A DNA stretch of 63,796 bases, filler included, from Polymyxa betae A26-41 (GCA_003693705.1; 8 parts of 8 records of this genome joined end to end with filler, not necessarily neighbours in it), one strand, 5' to 3'. Positions 25,288 to 38,220 are shown, counted from the whole stretch's first letter. Program-made: numbers and translations. The notes: a model not told the origin generated them from the sequence alone.

Positions 25288-27376
25288 GATGTAAATGTCA
25301 CCTGAGAGGTCCTGCTAAGTAGAGCAATACATATTCGCGACGAAATCCTCACCGAACATGGCGATCAACTTGACGAGAACGTTGCTGCGTTCTTGAAGGA
25401 TTTCAAGGCATCTAATGGATGGCTGCAAAATTATCTTCAACGATGGGGTACGTGCAGCCGACGCCGTTGTGGTGAATTGAATTCTATCAGCCTGGAGACA
25501 ATTGCGATGCGTCTACAAGCGATCTGCGAAATCCTGAATGGCGTCGACTTGAAAGATATTTGGAATCTAGACGAAACTGCTATTCAGTATCGGACAACGT
25601 CTTCCAGATAATTTGTCACCATCAACAGCGACGGTCGTGGAGTTAAACGCAGCAAGGAACGTATCACCGCAACCCCAATAGTAAGTGCAGCAGGCGAGGA
25701 ACTTGTTCTTCAGGTTATTGGAAAATCGAAATGTCCACGTGCGTTAAAAGGGATCGATATTGCAGCCACATACAATATTTCGTATGAAAATCAGAGTAAG
25801 GCATGGCAAGACGGCTCTTCGATGCTTCGTCTCTTCCATCGAATCAATCGAACCGCTCGCGCCCGCAAAAGAACGTTTTTTTTATTGGATAATTGCCGCT
25901 CACATTTATTTTCTGCCAAGATTTTGGACCCAGAAGGATCAGCGCATACTGTTTTCCGCTTTGAGAGTTTAGTCATTGCTTTTTCCCTCCAAATGCCACC
26001 AGTGATTGTCAGCCGCTGGATCAAGGCATTATCCGGTCCCTGAAAGCAATATTCCGTAAAGCAATGTTGCAGACATTGTTGACTGAATATGAATGCTGGC
26101 AACTTACACGTGATCCGTCGTCAACAGAAAAGTTCCCGTTTCATGATCATACTCATATTAGAAACTCAATGACATGGTTGCAGAAAGCTTATGACGATAT
26201 TGAGGAAAACGTCATAAGAAGGTGTTTTGCTAAATCGAACTGCTTGCCTCTGTTGTCATTGGCTGACGCCAACACCGAGATCGACCGGGGATCGAATCAT
26301 GCTTCCAATGCTGATACGAGCGTTGACGAGCTATCCGAATTAATCGGATCAATCCAGATGAACTCAGGACTCTCATTGGATTTGGGACCACACAATTCTG
26401 AAATTAATGCATGCGAGGAAATGATCAATTTCGACGATTGCGTTCCAACAGGTTCAGCAGAAATAAACGAAGAGTGCATCAATGATGAAGTGCTAACCCA
26501 ATCAGGAGCCATTCAGCATGATGGGGTACCAGCTGATGATCCAGAATTCCAGATGATGATGATCCGGAACCAATCACGGTTCCGGCGAATTGTGCTTTGG
26601 ACGCTTTCAATACTCTTCGGAATTATTTGGCAGGATGCTCGCGTTCTTCTGCCTCTGGAGAATATGTATTCCAGACTAATATAATTGATCTTCTAGATCA
26701 GCTGCGAGCAAAACTCGCAAAAGATGTTTCGAAAGAATAGTTTGTTGGCTTGGTCCAACCAAAAATCCACGAATTTTTTCATTAAAAGTATTTTCCGTTG
26801 TTAAAAATTATCCCTCATGATAATGACATATATAGCAAAAAATGCTGCCTGTCACTAAGTCAAGATAATGACATTTGTCACTATCGCCCTAATAAAACCC
26901 AATTATCCGAGGAATTTTGTCACTAAGTCAAGGGAGTCACTATATCGAGGTGTCACTATCTCGAGGGAGAACTCTGTATCCTGAAATAATGGCTGTGTCG
27001 CGTCCGCATTGGTCCTCGCATCAACAATTTGCTGAAGATAGCGGGACGCACATGCATCATTACTCGATATGGGGTGTAAAACCTTCACTTCGTCACGGAA
27101 CTTGTTTGTCTTACTGTTATATAGGGATAGCTCCGCTATGCCATCGCTCGAATTAATCAGCCATTGGCCAAGGCGGTCTTATCCGCCGCGTTCTCAGCTG
27201 TCAGTTCGCCAAGCCTTTACAGACTTTCGCGGCCTATCAATGCAAGGGACATCATGTTTTGATCGTCCAAAGTTTGTATCCTTCCTGACTTCAGGATACG
27301 CACTAACATCCACCAGTATATTGGTAATCGGGTATCCTTAGCGGCTGAACCGTGTAGTTTATGCAGCCTCATCATT

Positions 27377-27430
27377 AGTGACACCAACCCCTTCGACAAA
27401 TAGATGTCACTATCTCGAGGGAGAACTCTG
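27377..27430 (-). mobile_element. Orphan copy of the pogo left end (54 bp) followed by TA
   Basis: Exact reverse complement of 19443-19496. Confidence 0.9.
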
Positions 27431-27922
27431 TACTTTAAAGCGCATTCCCCAAATATCAGGGCACTTAAAGTTTCATGTTTATGAGTCGATGAATGGCAAG
27501 ACCAATTAAATCACGACCGCAATTCATAATCATCTGCAAGACCGATGAACCTGGGATAGAGAGAATATCTTTCCCAACTTCACTAAAACCCGACTGGATC
27601 GACCTAAGTGCCGTCGCAAGGAAGGCTGAGATACTTATCAACTTCGTCAATGATCTCACCCATTAAGAAGCAAAGGTGATTGTCCCATCTGTGCCTGTCT
27701 TGCTTATCTGATCATCAACAGTCGCCTTGGGTTTATCGGCTGTTGAACAATTTCCATTGAACTGATTCATAGAGCGGATTCTTAAGATCGCGATTTCAAG
27801 TTACTACAAAATCTGGCAGCACNNNNNNNNNNNNNNNNNNNNNNNNNNNNNNNNNNNNNNNNNNNNTTAATTAATTAANNNNNNNNNNNNNNNNNNNNNN
27901 NNNNNNNNNNNNNNNNNNNNNN

Positions 27923-28483
27923 CTCCACAGAGAGCAATCATGACTCCGAAGTCGATATGCTGATTGGAATGAAATTCATGCATCATTATCGCTGCTAGAT
28001 ATACTTGGTGGCAAGTCCCACATTAGGCGAGCTATTGGATTCGATTGCCCATCTGTGGAGGAGCTAAAAGTCCGCTCGGGTGACACTATCTATTTCGAAA
28101 TTTGCCAGACGCCATTGAAATTTGCAGAGAAGATATTTCGAATTCAACGATTTCTGATTCTCCGAAAGTTTTTGGATCCGGTTGTGCGCAATCGCCGGTT
28201 ACCATTGGGGTTTTTGTTGACTCCCATTTCGACGAGTTCGACTCAGCCGTTGAAAAATACAGGCCGCTCTAAAAACGCTCAAAACATCTCGCAATCGTTA
28301 CACTATCGTAACAATTTCAGCCTTCCTGTTTATTTCATTCATGTACCGTTTCAAAATACCTTCACGGACATCAAAAATATCAAGGAGAGGCTTACCTCTA
28401 TTGAAAAAAAGCTTATTTCTTTTGAAAGCAATATTCGAAAAGTCTTAAATACGGTTTTAGAATTAAAAAAGCCAAACGTTTGA
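27923..28483 (+). pseudogene. 5'-truncated, frameshifted paralogue of the PD-(D/E)xK-like gene at 31780-32720
   Basis: EVDML...DILGGK...LKVRSGDTIYFEICQTPLKFAEKIFRIQRFL...FIHVPFQNTF plus a coiled-coil tail aligns by eye with EFDIC...EIFGGK...LQVNPGDWIHFEVTAQPSYFARKLFQLEHFL...IIRIPTVNPF. Confidence 0.7.
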
Positions 28484-28598
28484 TGCGGATTAAATATGGT
28501 TTATCTATAAAAAAGCCAATTGTTTGTTGAGAAATGGTAAAGCAAATGACGCAATATGATATGTTGCAACCTATGTGATACGATGACCAATATTCAAT

Positions 28599-28657
28599 CT
28601 AAAGTGCTTTGGATGCCTTAGCTGTTTTCTAAAGTGCGTTGGATGCCTTAGTTGTGT
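28599..28657. repeat. 30-bp tandem duplication
   Basis: ctaaagtgc(t/g)ttggatgccttag(c/t)tgt occurs twice in tandem. Confidence 0.75.
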
Positions 28658-29119
28658 GTTCAGAATTTTTAATATATAACTACAACTTTGATTCGGGCGG
28701 ATTTGGTTTCACGTAATCAGTCAATCTGATAGACGGCTTTCAAACTTTGTAAGGAGATTCTCGCAACAATCCGGACTGGCTGCATGGTTCACATTTTCAG
28801 CCAGATCTCGAAATTTGTTTGCAGAGAATGACAGTTTGGGATTTTAATTTGCTCTATTGATCTCCTAGTTGTAGGCTGCGGCTTAAAAAACGAATATGCA
28901 TTGTCAGGTTTACAATCACATTGCAAGAATCTTTTAATTTGCAGCATAGGTAATGGATGGACCGCTTTTAGACTTGTCAGAAGAGCTGTAGAAGTTACAG
29001 CAAAGAGATATAGCGCTCATATCCACTCACAAATAATAATGAAATCCTATATAACCCTAAATGTAAATTTCACATGAGTTCCAGAGCAAAAGCGTTAGAA
29101 AAACACGCCAATTGATTCC

Positions 29120-29602
29120 CACAAATCCCGATATTTCACTATGGACAGACGGCAGTTTCAGCATAGGTAAGTTTAACTACGGAGTACATTACAAGTGGAG
29201 CTGCTTCAATACTGCACATCTCGGACCCAGATCCACACAGTACTATATTTAAACTTAAGATCCACACCTCAATACAGATAGAACATGTGACGTCAAGCTA
29301 TGAAGCAGAAATCATCGCAATACAATCTGGTATTACCTCATTACTGGAACTGTATCCAGAAAATAGACATATTCATGTATTTACGGATTCATTATCTTGT
29401 TTGCAACAACTGGCATGCCTTTTTATACAAATACAAATTCGTCAACGCTGTCGTGAATAATGTTGCCGAAAAGCTAGCTGAACTTAGCGAAGAGAACGAA
29501 GTCTTCTTCACTTTATTCTTAGTTACACACAGCAGATTTCTGAAGCCAGAAAGTGATGCGATAGACGAATTAGCCAAGCAGACTGCAATAGATGGAGAAT
29601 GA
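29120..29602 (+). pseudogene. RNase H domain relic of a non-LTR (LINE) retrotransposon
   Basis: LWTDGS, SSYEAEIIAI, HVFTDSLSCL and ESDAIDELAK, i.e. the D-E-D-D acidic residues of RNase H, spread across frameshifts. Confidence 0.7.
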
Positions 29603-31779
29603 ATTAAACACGACCCACTGGTTTCTTCATATAAATTGATGTATTAGTGTCGTGCCCCAGCTATAAGAAGGCCGCGCCTCTTCTAAGGCCGCGTCCTATG
29701 ATTGCAGCTCCTGTTTTTTGTGCTTGCCGTTACAGCACAGTGGTCATTCGCCACGCTACCTTTTTTCTTTCATTCTATTTTGAATACATCGGAAGGTTTA
29801 ATCCGCTCAGACTTTCTGTGTGTTAAATCTAGGATCATCTCATCTTTTTTTGAGCGAGTCCCTGACCTTCCGAACGAATGGCCAGCCAGGATTCCGTCGT
29901 TCAAAATGGACATGATGCCTCACAGCAGAATGCTCCCATGCCCAACGTCCAGGACGTGCGGGCCAGTATCTAACACCGCATAGAGATTCTTCAACGATCA
30001 ATGGCTACACACAGCGCAGAACTGGAGTCATTGTACAACCAGGATTACGAATCCATGTCCAATTTGTGAAGTTAGTGGGGTACGGGGTGCGACTCCCTGT
30101 ATGGATTGGTCCAGTGACTACCCTATTCACATTGGCAGGTCTATACTCACTTCTACAAGTGCTCTTAGAGGCCGTTGGACATTGGCAAACCCTTCACAAA
30201 AGTTGCCAGGATTTGGGCGAAAAGCAAGTGTCGAGCAAGCTCCCCTGATGGTTGAACTGCATTTCGACATGGTCAGGCGCCCCAGTGACTGAGTCCCATC
30301 AAGGTCACCGTATCCAAGAAAGGCGTAATCTCTATGTTCAGTTACTTCAAAACATATGAACTCGACAATTCCGTGAGGGGTCGGGCCCTGCGCAAGGGTT
30401 AATGCGTCGCCTACCTCACTCATATCTATATATGGGTGTAACAAATAGATAAATCCAATCCAATCCAATATAACCGCATCCTACACAGCTGAATCGACAA
30501 ACTGAGCGGCAGCGGCCTGCCATGATTGACACAGAGCTCCAGCTTGTTCCAAACTTGCACAATTTGGTTCCAGATCTGGATAATTCCGTCGTCCTGGCCT
30601 GGGATGGCACTTTTGGTTTGCATGTAGACTTTAATCCTGCTGAGGTCGTACAGGCCGTCTGCCTCGGGCCCCTTGAGTCTAGCAAGCTCGCTTTCAATCA
30701 ATATGTGGATCGAACTCTCTTTGGCCGGATTGAGTTCTTAAAGTCGCGATTTGAAATCCCCGTACCTGGAAAGCAAAGCCTTTGGACAGATTATCCAGGG
30801 CTGATTGGCCAAATTAAACAGTGTCCATGCTCAAGAATATGGTGAGCCAGAGCGACGTCGAAACAGATGTAAATGCTGAAATCCATTGTCAGCACTGTTG
30901 TCTTCATTCCTCTCTCACGGCGTTACAGAAAGTCAGGCCATGGATGAAATCTATAAGTATCTGAGCTTGCAATACCCAACGGTAGATTCACAAGATTACA
31001 GGTGAACCCATTCGAGGAATCAGTTTCATCGCCTACGTCGCCATGGATGTGATTTTTTATTCCGGAACATCTTCAGCTGTGACTAAAATATTAAATTATG
31101 GCCGGGATGTGATCGGGCTTTGCCGACGCTCTTTGAGTCCAGTTAATTTTTCTATCCGCCGGCGGATGCATGGCATTCTGTCCTCCGGCTGATAGAAACA
31201 TTACCTGCTTTGAGTCAGATACTCTCAGTGCGTTGAAGTGTTCCAATTCCGGTTTGAAAAAAAGTTGCTTTTGCCGTTATTATCATCTTTTTAGGTTTCT
31301 GATAGCCGATCCCGGCAGTATGGCGGTATCCGACACGAGAGTATCCGCTCGGAGCCCTAGACTATTCTGGATAAGGCGTGGAGCTTTGTCTAAAATATTC
31401 ACTGACAAAGGCATTTGCGTCAGCTAAGATATCCATTGCTCGCGCATGCCCAAATTCAACGAATTGCGTCGTTATCATCAGCTCGATTACATTGATCAGG
31501 AAAATTGACTGATCCTCAAACTTGGACATTTTGGAATCTTCTTGCCTATGCATCTCGTGAGGTTCCCGAAGACGACTTTGTTCCTGCTGACGAACTCAAT
31601 AATCATGATTCCGAAACGGTGGTCGGATTTCTTCCGAGCTGCCGTACAGGCCTCAGTCTACGATAAAATATTGGAGCTTCGCTAATTTTATGATTGACGA
31701 TCTACGAATATGAGGCACCGAAATGTGCGATTATGAACCGTTCAAACACCCAGCAAACTGAAATCTGTACTGGATTTTG

Positions 31780-32720
31780 TTATTGAGGCAATTTTGAAGA
31801 AATTGATGATTTGACAGCTTCTGTAAGCTCAGAAACATTCTTGGTTAGCTCAGCCAATTTTCCGTCAAGCTTGACCACCTTTTCGTCAATCTCGTTCAGT
31901 TTGACATTGATGTGCCTAAGTTCAAGAAAGGGATTGACTGTTGGTATACGAATTATATAGAGGTTGTTTTGGAAGATTTTGAGGTTTGGGTAAATTTGCC
32001 TCTTCGCTTTGTAGTCTACGAAAGCACGTACGACTTTTGCGATGGCTTCATCGAAATTATCTAAATCCCCGTCGACAAATAACCCGATAGCAACCGGGTC
32101 TTTGTCCACGGGGATCAGATCCCGTATACACAGGAAATGTTCCAGTTGGAACAGTTTTCGTGCGAAATACGACGGCTGCGCTGTGACTTCAAAATGAATC
32201 CAATCGCCGGGATTAACTTGAAGACGTTCAAGAGGCGGCCCGACTGGATGGATGTAATTAGCAACCCCTTCTTTGCCACCGAATATTTCATAGAGAGATC
32301 GGGTTTCACTGCCATTCAGTTGCAGACAAATATCAAATTCATATTGATGCCCTTTCGAAAACCGCTGGCCAGCTTCGGAGACACCTTGGCCGGCTTCAAC
32401 CGCGAACAGCTCATTCCAAAAGTCGCAAAACGATTTTGACCCAGAAATGGTCTGTGCAAGAACGGTCTCTTTGAATCGGTGCTGCATTCGAGCATCATAG
32501 CGTATTTTGAGAACCTCCTCTCCCAAGGGGATCGGTTGAAATCTCGAATGAACAATTTGCTCAAACGTTTCATTAACACGCCTGCTGCACAGCGTGCCAA
32601 ACAGATTAATACTGAAAGAAGATAAGAAAAATAAAGAAAATGCATATGGATTTGTACAAAGTTATACCTGGGCAGTTTCAGCGCACTTTGCGAAACAAAC
32701 CTTCCGAGCGACATCGACAT
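31780..32720 (-). CDS. Putative PD-(D/E)xK nuclease-fold protein with C-terminal coiled coil; exons 32720-32668 and 32581-31780
   Basis: Removing an 86-nt GT-AG intron gives MSMSLGRFVSQSALKLPRRVNETFEQIVHSRF...EFDI...FEVT...KLFQLE, an E...D...ExT pattern. The family call is inference. Confidence 0.65.
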
Positions 32721-34084
32721 GACCTTCGGAGAAGCGAACGAGATAGCGCAGCAACAGGGATGCAAGCGAGCGATGAAGCCAGAGCGAGACTATTGACAGA
32801 AAGAGAGGCGACCCGAACGTGCTGTCCCACGATCCGGAGAGCGGAAAGCCGTGAGGCGGGCTGCGCACTTGAACTGCCTTTAATTTTTATAAAATTTTAT
32901 ACGATTTCAGTGATGCTCTTACTAAATACTGAAGATTCACAGATTTCGGGTTGAAAGAGAAATCAATCGGTCAATGATTGATCAATTCCTGTTTCCAGGC
33001 ATTCCCAGACAAGACTTCGACGATGGATACTGAAAACAAATCGATGCTAAATTTAGAATTGAGAATTTCCACCGGGAAAGGTTAAAAAGGAATTTTGTGT
33101 TTAATAGAAGCTATGAAGCGAGCCAGAATCGAGACAATGGAAAGGGAGACGGCTGATTATCGGCAAACAAAAACAGTGGATTTACTGTGACCGTGTCCGA
33201 TTGGCCCTTTCTGCGTCCGGGATACTCTCCCAATGAACTGATTGAACAGCACGAGCGACTTCACGTTGCGCAGAATGCTGATCTCTTGATGATCGAAAGC
33301 CTTCAATTATTTTACCACAATAGGTATAGAAAGCCCTCTTACTTCCGGCAGGCTTTGAAGCCCTTTTCGTATCTATCGCTGTATTATGCAACCGCACTGG
33401 CCACAAAAATTGCGATATGTTTTGTTGATAATTTTAACAGCACAATCAGCCTCTATCATTAATGACACCAAGATCATGCCTTGGTGCATAATGTGTTTTG
33501 CGTCATCACTCGTCTTCAGTATTGTTATCATTTCTTCAAACCCAGCCCGAGCTCGAATACAATCGCTGTTTGTTTTTGTACCTCATGGTGTGAACTGAAC
33601 CTGGCAAATATCTCCCAGCTCAGCTGCTTCCTTGGCTGGTGCCTCATACGGCAATATATCGTTTTTGGTCCATCTGATCAGTGATAGAGAAATAGAAGAA
33701 CCTCAGATAAACAACTTAAACAAATTCGAAACCGGAATTCGACATCACATATTGACCGCAGGCTTATGGATAATATTAATTCTAAAATAATCAATGTTTA
33801 AATGCAGAAAACAAAATCTCTCAAGAATAAGCTATGAGACTCAATATCTATTTTATATCCGGTCTCTAACAACTTTCCGATGTACCGTCAAACCTCCCAG
33901 CATAAAAACCTTCGGTCTTATCACTTAAAGGGTTTTCACAATCTTATACATTTATTCTGTAATAATAGTCACTGCAAGTGCAAAATCGATAGAGCAGACT
34001 CAGAATCTTCACAGCACTCAAATTAGCTGTTTCAGATGTCGCTCTCAGCCTCAAAATCCCGACCGCAAGCAGCATGATTTTAGC

Positions 34085-35873
34085 TCATTCGGATGCGATA
34101 TCGATTCTATCGACGATTATGGCCTTAAGGAATCGTCCTCGTCGGGACTCTGTTTCCCGTACGGAGAAGATCCTGGTTGAACTGGCCCTCACCGCGTTCC
34201 GGAATCTTTGTGTGCATCGGGAGACGCAGCGATGGCAATATACACAACGACTTTGTCGAAACCCTAACAGCAGGCTGAAGACGTTTGCCTGTTTGCGAGT
34301 CCCTGATGGGTCCTCAGTTCGTATATTGGAATAAACTATCACGGGTTTAGGGTTTAGGGTTATAGACTGATTTTTCGCTCTTCATACTCAGCTCTACATC
34401 TGAACACTATGAGCCATCAGCTATGCAAAGTCTGTTCCAGGCGCTTATCATAACGCCGTCCGTTGACCTGAATGCATCGATCAATGACTTCCATTTCTGT
34501 ACGAGGTTATCATGTGAACTTGCGGCTCACCTCTGTAGCCACGATCTCTGCGCGAAATAAAGGTCCAGCACGAACCGAGGGCTGATAACAATCCAAAGTA
34601 AACAAGACTCACTCATGGTCTCAGCAGTCTAATAAAGTCTTCAACTGAAGAGAACGTGAACAAGAAACCATTATTAGATATCGTTGAAGATTTCCTTACT
34701 AATCTCAACCTTGCCTATTTTTCAATCGATTATTCAGGCTGTTCTTCCGTTTTGCAATAGTCTTTTCGGGGTTCATAAAACAACCAAAAAGTTCATTGCG
34801 CTGTTCTGTTCACGGCTGAAGAGCCCTTTTGTCTCCATGTCGTAAAATCGTTCATGAGATGACGTCACCCATAAGGCACAGGCGTCGTCACGTTTTAAGA
34901 GCTCACAACCGTCCATGCGGTCCTGATCCTGTTCCGTCATATTCGTGATACGAACAGCGAGGAATAGGAAAGGTCACGGCGAGAAACAGGGAATAACGCC
35001 ATCCGAATTCTTAATCATCCATTGCGAACAAGGTTAAGAATACATTAAAATATTTTTCCGTGACAAGAATGAATAAAAACTTCTAAGAAAGGCATGAATC
35101 ATGATTATTAGAAAGTTGGGACAAGAATCTGCACCAAACTGTCTGAGCAAAACTGCGTCGAAGTTTCCGCAAGTACAGTACAAAATCCGAAAAATATCTT
35201 TAATTTCAGGCCGGAATTGCCGTGTTCTAGCGTCGCTTTCGAGTCAACCCGAACTATCTCATTGACCTCATTTCATCACATTTCTGTGATATCTCTTCTA
35301 GTAGATTCTCTAAGACGACTCATCCCTGCGACTTTAACAGATTCTGGTCGCGAGAAACCGCAGGACAAAATCGCCACCGAACGCCCACACCATAACAGCC
35401 GCTTTCGCTCGTTGCTGTTCGCCTTTCTGCTGACGCAACAGGCTTGGATGTGTTGTAGCTGGAGAGTCCGGCCAGTAGATGGGCTCCTTCTATACGACAA
35501 ACGAGACGATCTTGGTAGCAAACCTGCCATAATATCACTTCAACTTTCAATCCTGCTTAGATGCACAGGTAGGGTTTAGGGTTAGGGTTTACGACCTGAT
35601 CGAGCTCAAAATCACGGCCTGGATCTTGCACAACATCGGTTCTGCGTACGCTGTGCAAGATTCAAACTCTTCGTCACATTCGCCATTCTCAGTTATCTGA
35701 TAAACGGCAGCGCCTGTATTTACTTCGTCGTACTGGCTCCCAGGGTACCCAACGACCCGGTTCTGCCATCTAATGCCACAATACAGACCAGCCATGCGGC
35801 ATAAATCATTGTAATGCCGTCTATCTAATCTGAGCAATTTTCTTCCTAATGATCGCCCTTCAGATTTCATCAA
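34085..35873 (-). pseudogene. Fragmentary, probably degraded spliced gene of unknown function
   Basis: Short ORFs 35589-35873 and 34085-34342 are bounded by GT-AG intron-like segments (35553-35595, 34336-34387). A full frame cannot be rebuilt. Confidence 0.3.
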
Positions 35874-36620
35874 TCATGCTTCAGCCAACGCCTTATTTTA
35901 TTGGCTTCCTGCTGATCTGTTTCCGTCATGCGTCTAACCGCGATCATGTTACATAATGTGCAATGATTGCAGTCAGGATTGTAACACGATGATCACCTGC
36001 CATCAATCAAGACCTCACGATGTTATTGGCTTCAAGCATAGCGTTGCCCTCATATTAGACGGATCACGCCGTACTGCGATCCCCGTTAGCTAACGGATTC
36101 TGTTGCAGGTTCACGCTCCGTCCAAAACAAGTGTCAAAACACCGAGAAAACAAAGTATGAGATGAGAAACGAACGTCTGGAAAGTTTGGGCCACAGCTTT
36201 GTATTGAGAATGACAAAAAATGAAAGATAGAAACAAGACAGGGTTAGATTCGGGGTCCGGAGACCTCCGTCTCAAGGCACATAACCTTTTCCTTTACCCA
36301 TCCTAACCTCTAAACGCTCTGCAGTAACTAGAAAATGAGGGGAAATCCGAACTCAATAACGACCAATTCTCTTAGTTCCTTTTGCTAAATTTAATTTAAT
36401 CATTTCAAGCTGTTTTGAAGTTAAACAACAATTTTGTTTTACCTTTAAACCGAAATGTCAGTAAACTAAATCTAAAGTATTAGAAGAGGAGTTTTTTACT
36501 TTTTTCTTTTGAAATTTTGTNNNNNNNNNNNNNNNNNNNNNNNNNNNNNNNNNNNNNNNNNNNNTTAATTAATTAANNNNNNNNNNNNNNNNNNNNNNNN
36601 NNNNNNNNNNNNNNNNNNNN

Positions 36621-36639
36621 CAGATAGCCAAACGCACCC
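36621..36639. mobile_element. Tourist/PIF-Harbinger-like terminal inverted repeat at a contig edge
   Basis: Minus strand reads GGGTGCGTTTGGCTATCTG; flanked by TTA at 36640-36642. Confidence 0.45.
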
Positions 36640-37744
36640 TTAAAAATATATTTACCGCGGGATTTGCTCGTAGCGTCATTGTTCAGTACTCGGTTAGTCG
36701 TCATCTTGGGGCGATGAGTTAGCCAACGCGATCGGAGCCCTATATTTGAATGCGAGATGAAGGGACAAAGGCTAAAGAGTGAGACATGCATGTAGTCAGT
36801 CTTTCAGAGCCCATTTGGTCATGTTGCTCACCATCTGTGTCTCTTTTTAACCCAATGGGCATTTCAAACTTAGCCTAGTTCCAATCGTAACTAGGGCGTT
36901 TAACGAAAGATATCCAGACCAATGCGTTGGTGGCCGCCAAATTAATGGTCAGTAGACACCTGACTACAGTCGACTTCAGCACTATTAACATTGCAATCTA
37001 CCGGCGGAATTTAACGACATTGTCGAACAGGTCCTACACAAGCCTAATTCCATTCTCATCTCTCTCTTCGTTTTGCAACTGCCCTTAATACAAACTATAA
37101 GCAGTTCCGATCATCCCTCCCGATTCGACATAGAGAATACTTTACTCCTGTTTCAAAGGGTGAAACAAAGGACGGCTTCGAATATTGGAAGTGGAGCTCT
37201 GGTAGCTATAAAGGCTATGACCGAGTACTACCGGCCTTACGCTAAGGATACAGCGCCGCCAGTTGACATAGATCAACGAACTTGTATAATAAAAATTATT
37301 CCAATCCAATGTGTTTGAGGAATTGCTGTTTCACTATAGAAGGGAGTTCGCTCCTAATTTGTCTTCCATATCAGGATATCGGAGTTGAATTCCCACAGAC
37401 TAGCTGCGATTCAACCTCATGACACCATCGCCCGTTCAAGCTGACGAGATCACATGCAACGGTAGGGCAGTACATCGGCCAGCGGCAACGGATCGGCGGC
37501 CCATTTGTCGGTCACAGCGACAAATCGGCGCCACAGCAAATCGCCATTGAACTTTACACAATCAAAATTTAGGACAATGTGTCGCTAGTTGTACGATCGA
37601 CTTTCTTCCTAAAGACTACGTAAATAAGAAACCCTCGCTCGTTCCCCGTTTCCGTCGTCACCATGTTTGCCCGGATCACAAGACTGTAATTCCAGACGGC
37701 ATCAGAATCAAAATCGAATTCTCCTGTTGATAATAAAGCCGATT

Positions 37745-38220
37745 TGTCATGCCCATTGAGCATGACAGTACTCGCAGCCGCCCAGCCGACCACCAGGCAG
37801 TCGTACTGGCCTCTCCTGAGGGGCTGCGCAGAGGGCTGCGCCCCTGCTGACGATTCCTANNNNNNNNNNNNNNNNNNNNNNNNNNNNNNNNNNNNNNNNN
37901 NNNNNNNNNNNNNNNNNNNNNNNNNNNNNNNNNNNNNNNNNNNNNNNNNNNNNNNNNNNNNNNNCCTCACCTCCGACTCCCCTCCGACCTTCGTCTCCGA
38001 CTCCCCTCCGACCTTCGTCTCCGCTCCGCCTCCGTCTCACCGGCACCGCTCCGTACGTCCTTCCTACGCTCCACTACGATCCCCTCACCGCTCCACTCCG
38101 ACCCTCTCTCCGCTCCACTCCGTGCCCCGCCGCTCCGCCTCCGAGGACTCCCTGACGTCGCTCCGTTGCAGGANNCGCTTATCTAACCAATAAAATGGGA
38201 CTTTTTACTCGATCCTAACA
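37745..38220 (+). mobile_element. Solo LTR (internal gap), same family as 63553-63796
   Basis: TG...CA ends with perfect TSD CGATT (37740-37744/38221-38225). The first about 115 bp are near-identical to 63553-63667. Confidence 0.85.

Larger units (their letters stand above)
19443..26976 (+). mobile_element. pogo/Tigger-like DNA transposon (degraded transposase 19657-19937 and 25293-26785) interrupted by an LTR element
   Basis: TIR CAGAGTTCTCCCTCGAGATAGTGACA at both ends with TA TSDs. HTH-psq N-terminus, FKASNGWLQNYL (CENP-B HTH), IWNLDETA, LLDNCRSH, C-terminal QPKIHEFF PIP-like motif, repeated TGTCACTA subterminal motifs. Confidence 0.92.
19262..27376 (-). pseudogene. DIRS-type tyrosine recombinase relic split by the pogo insertion; pieces 26977-27376 and 19262-19442
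   Basis: Motifs RLP...ML, L*RLGEL, LYNSKTN, CASRYL...PLFQD|MTGKPV...YTGHSLHIDGAT...LIQAPGRWR. Removing 19443-26976 plus one TA rejoins QDMTGKP in frame. Confidence 0.8.
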
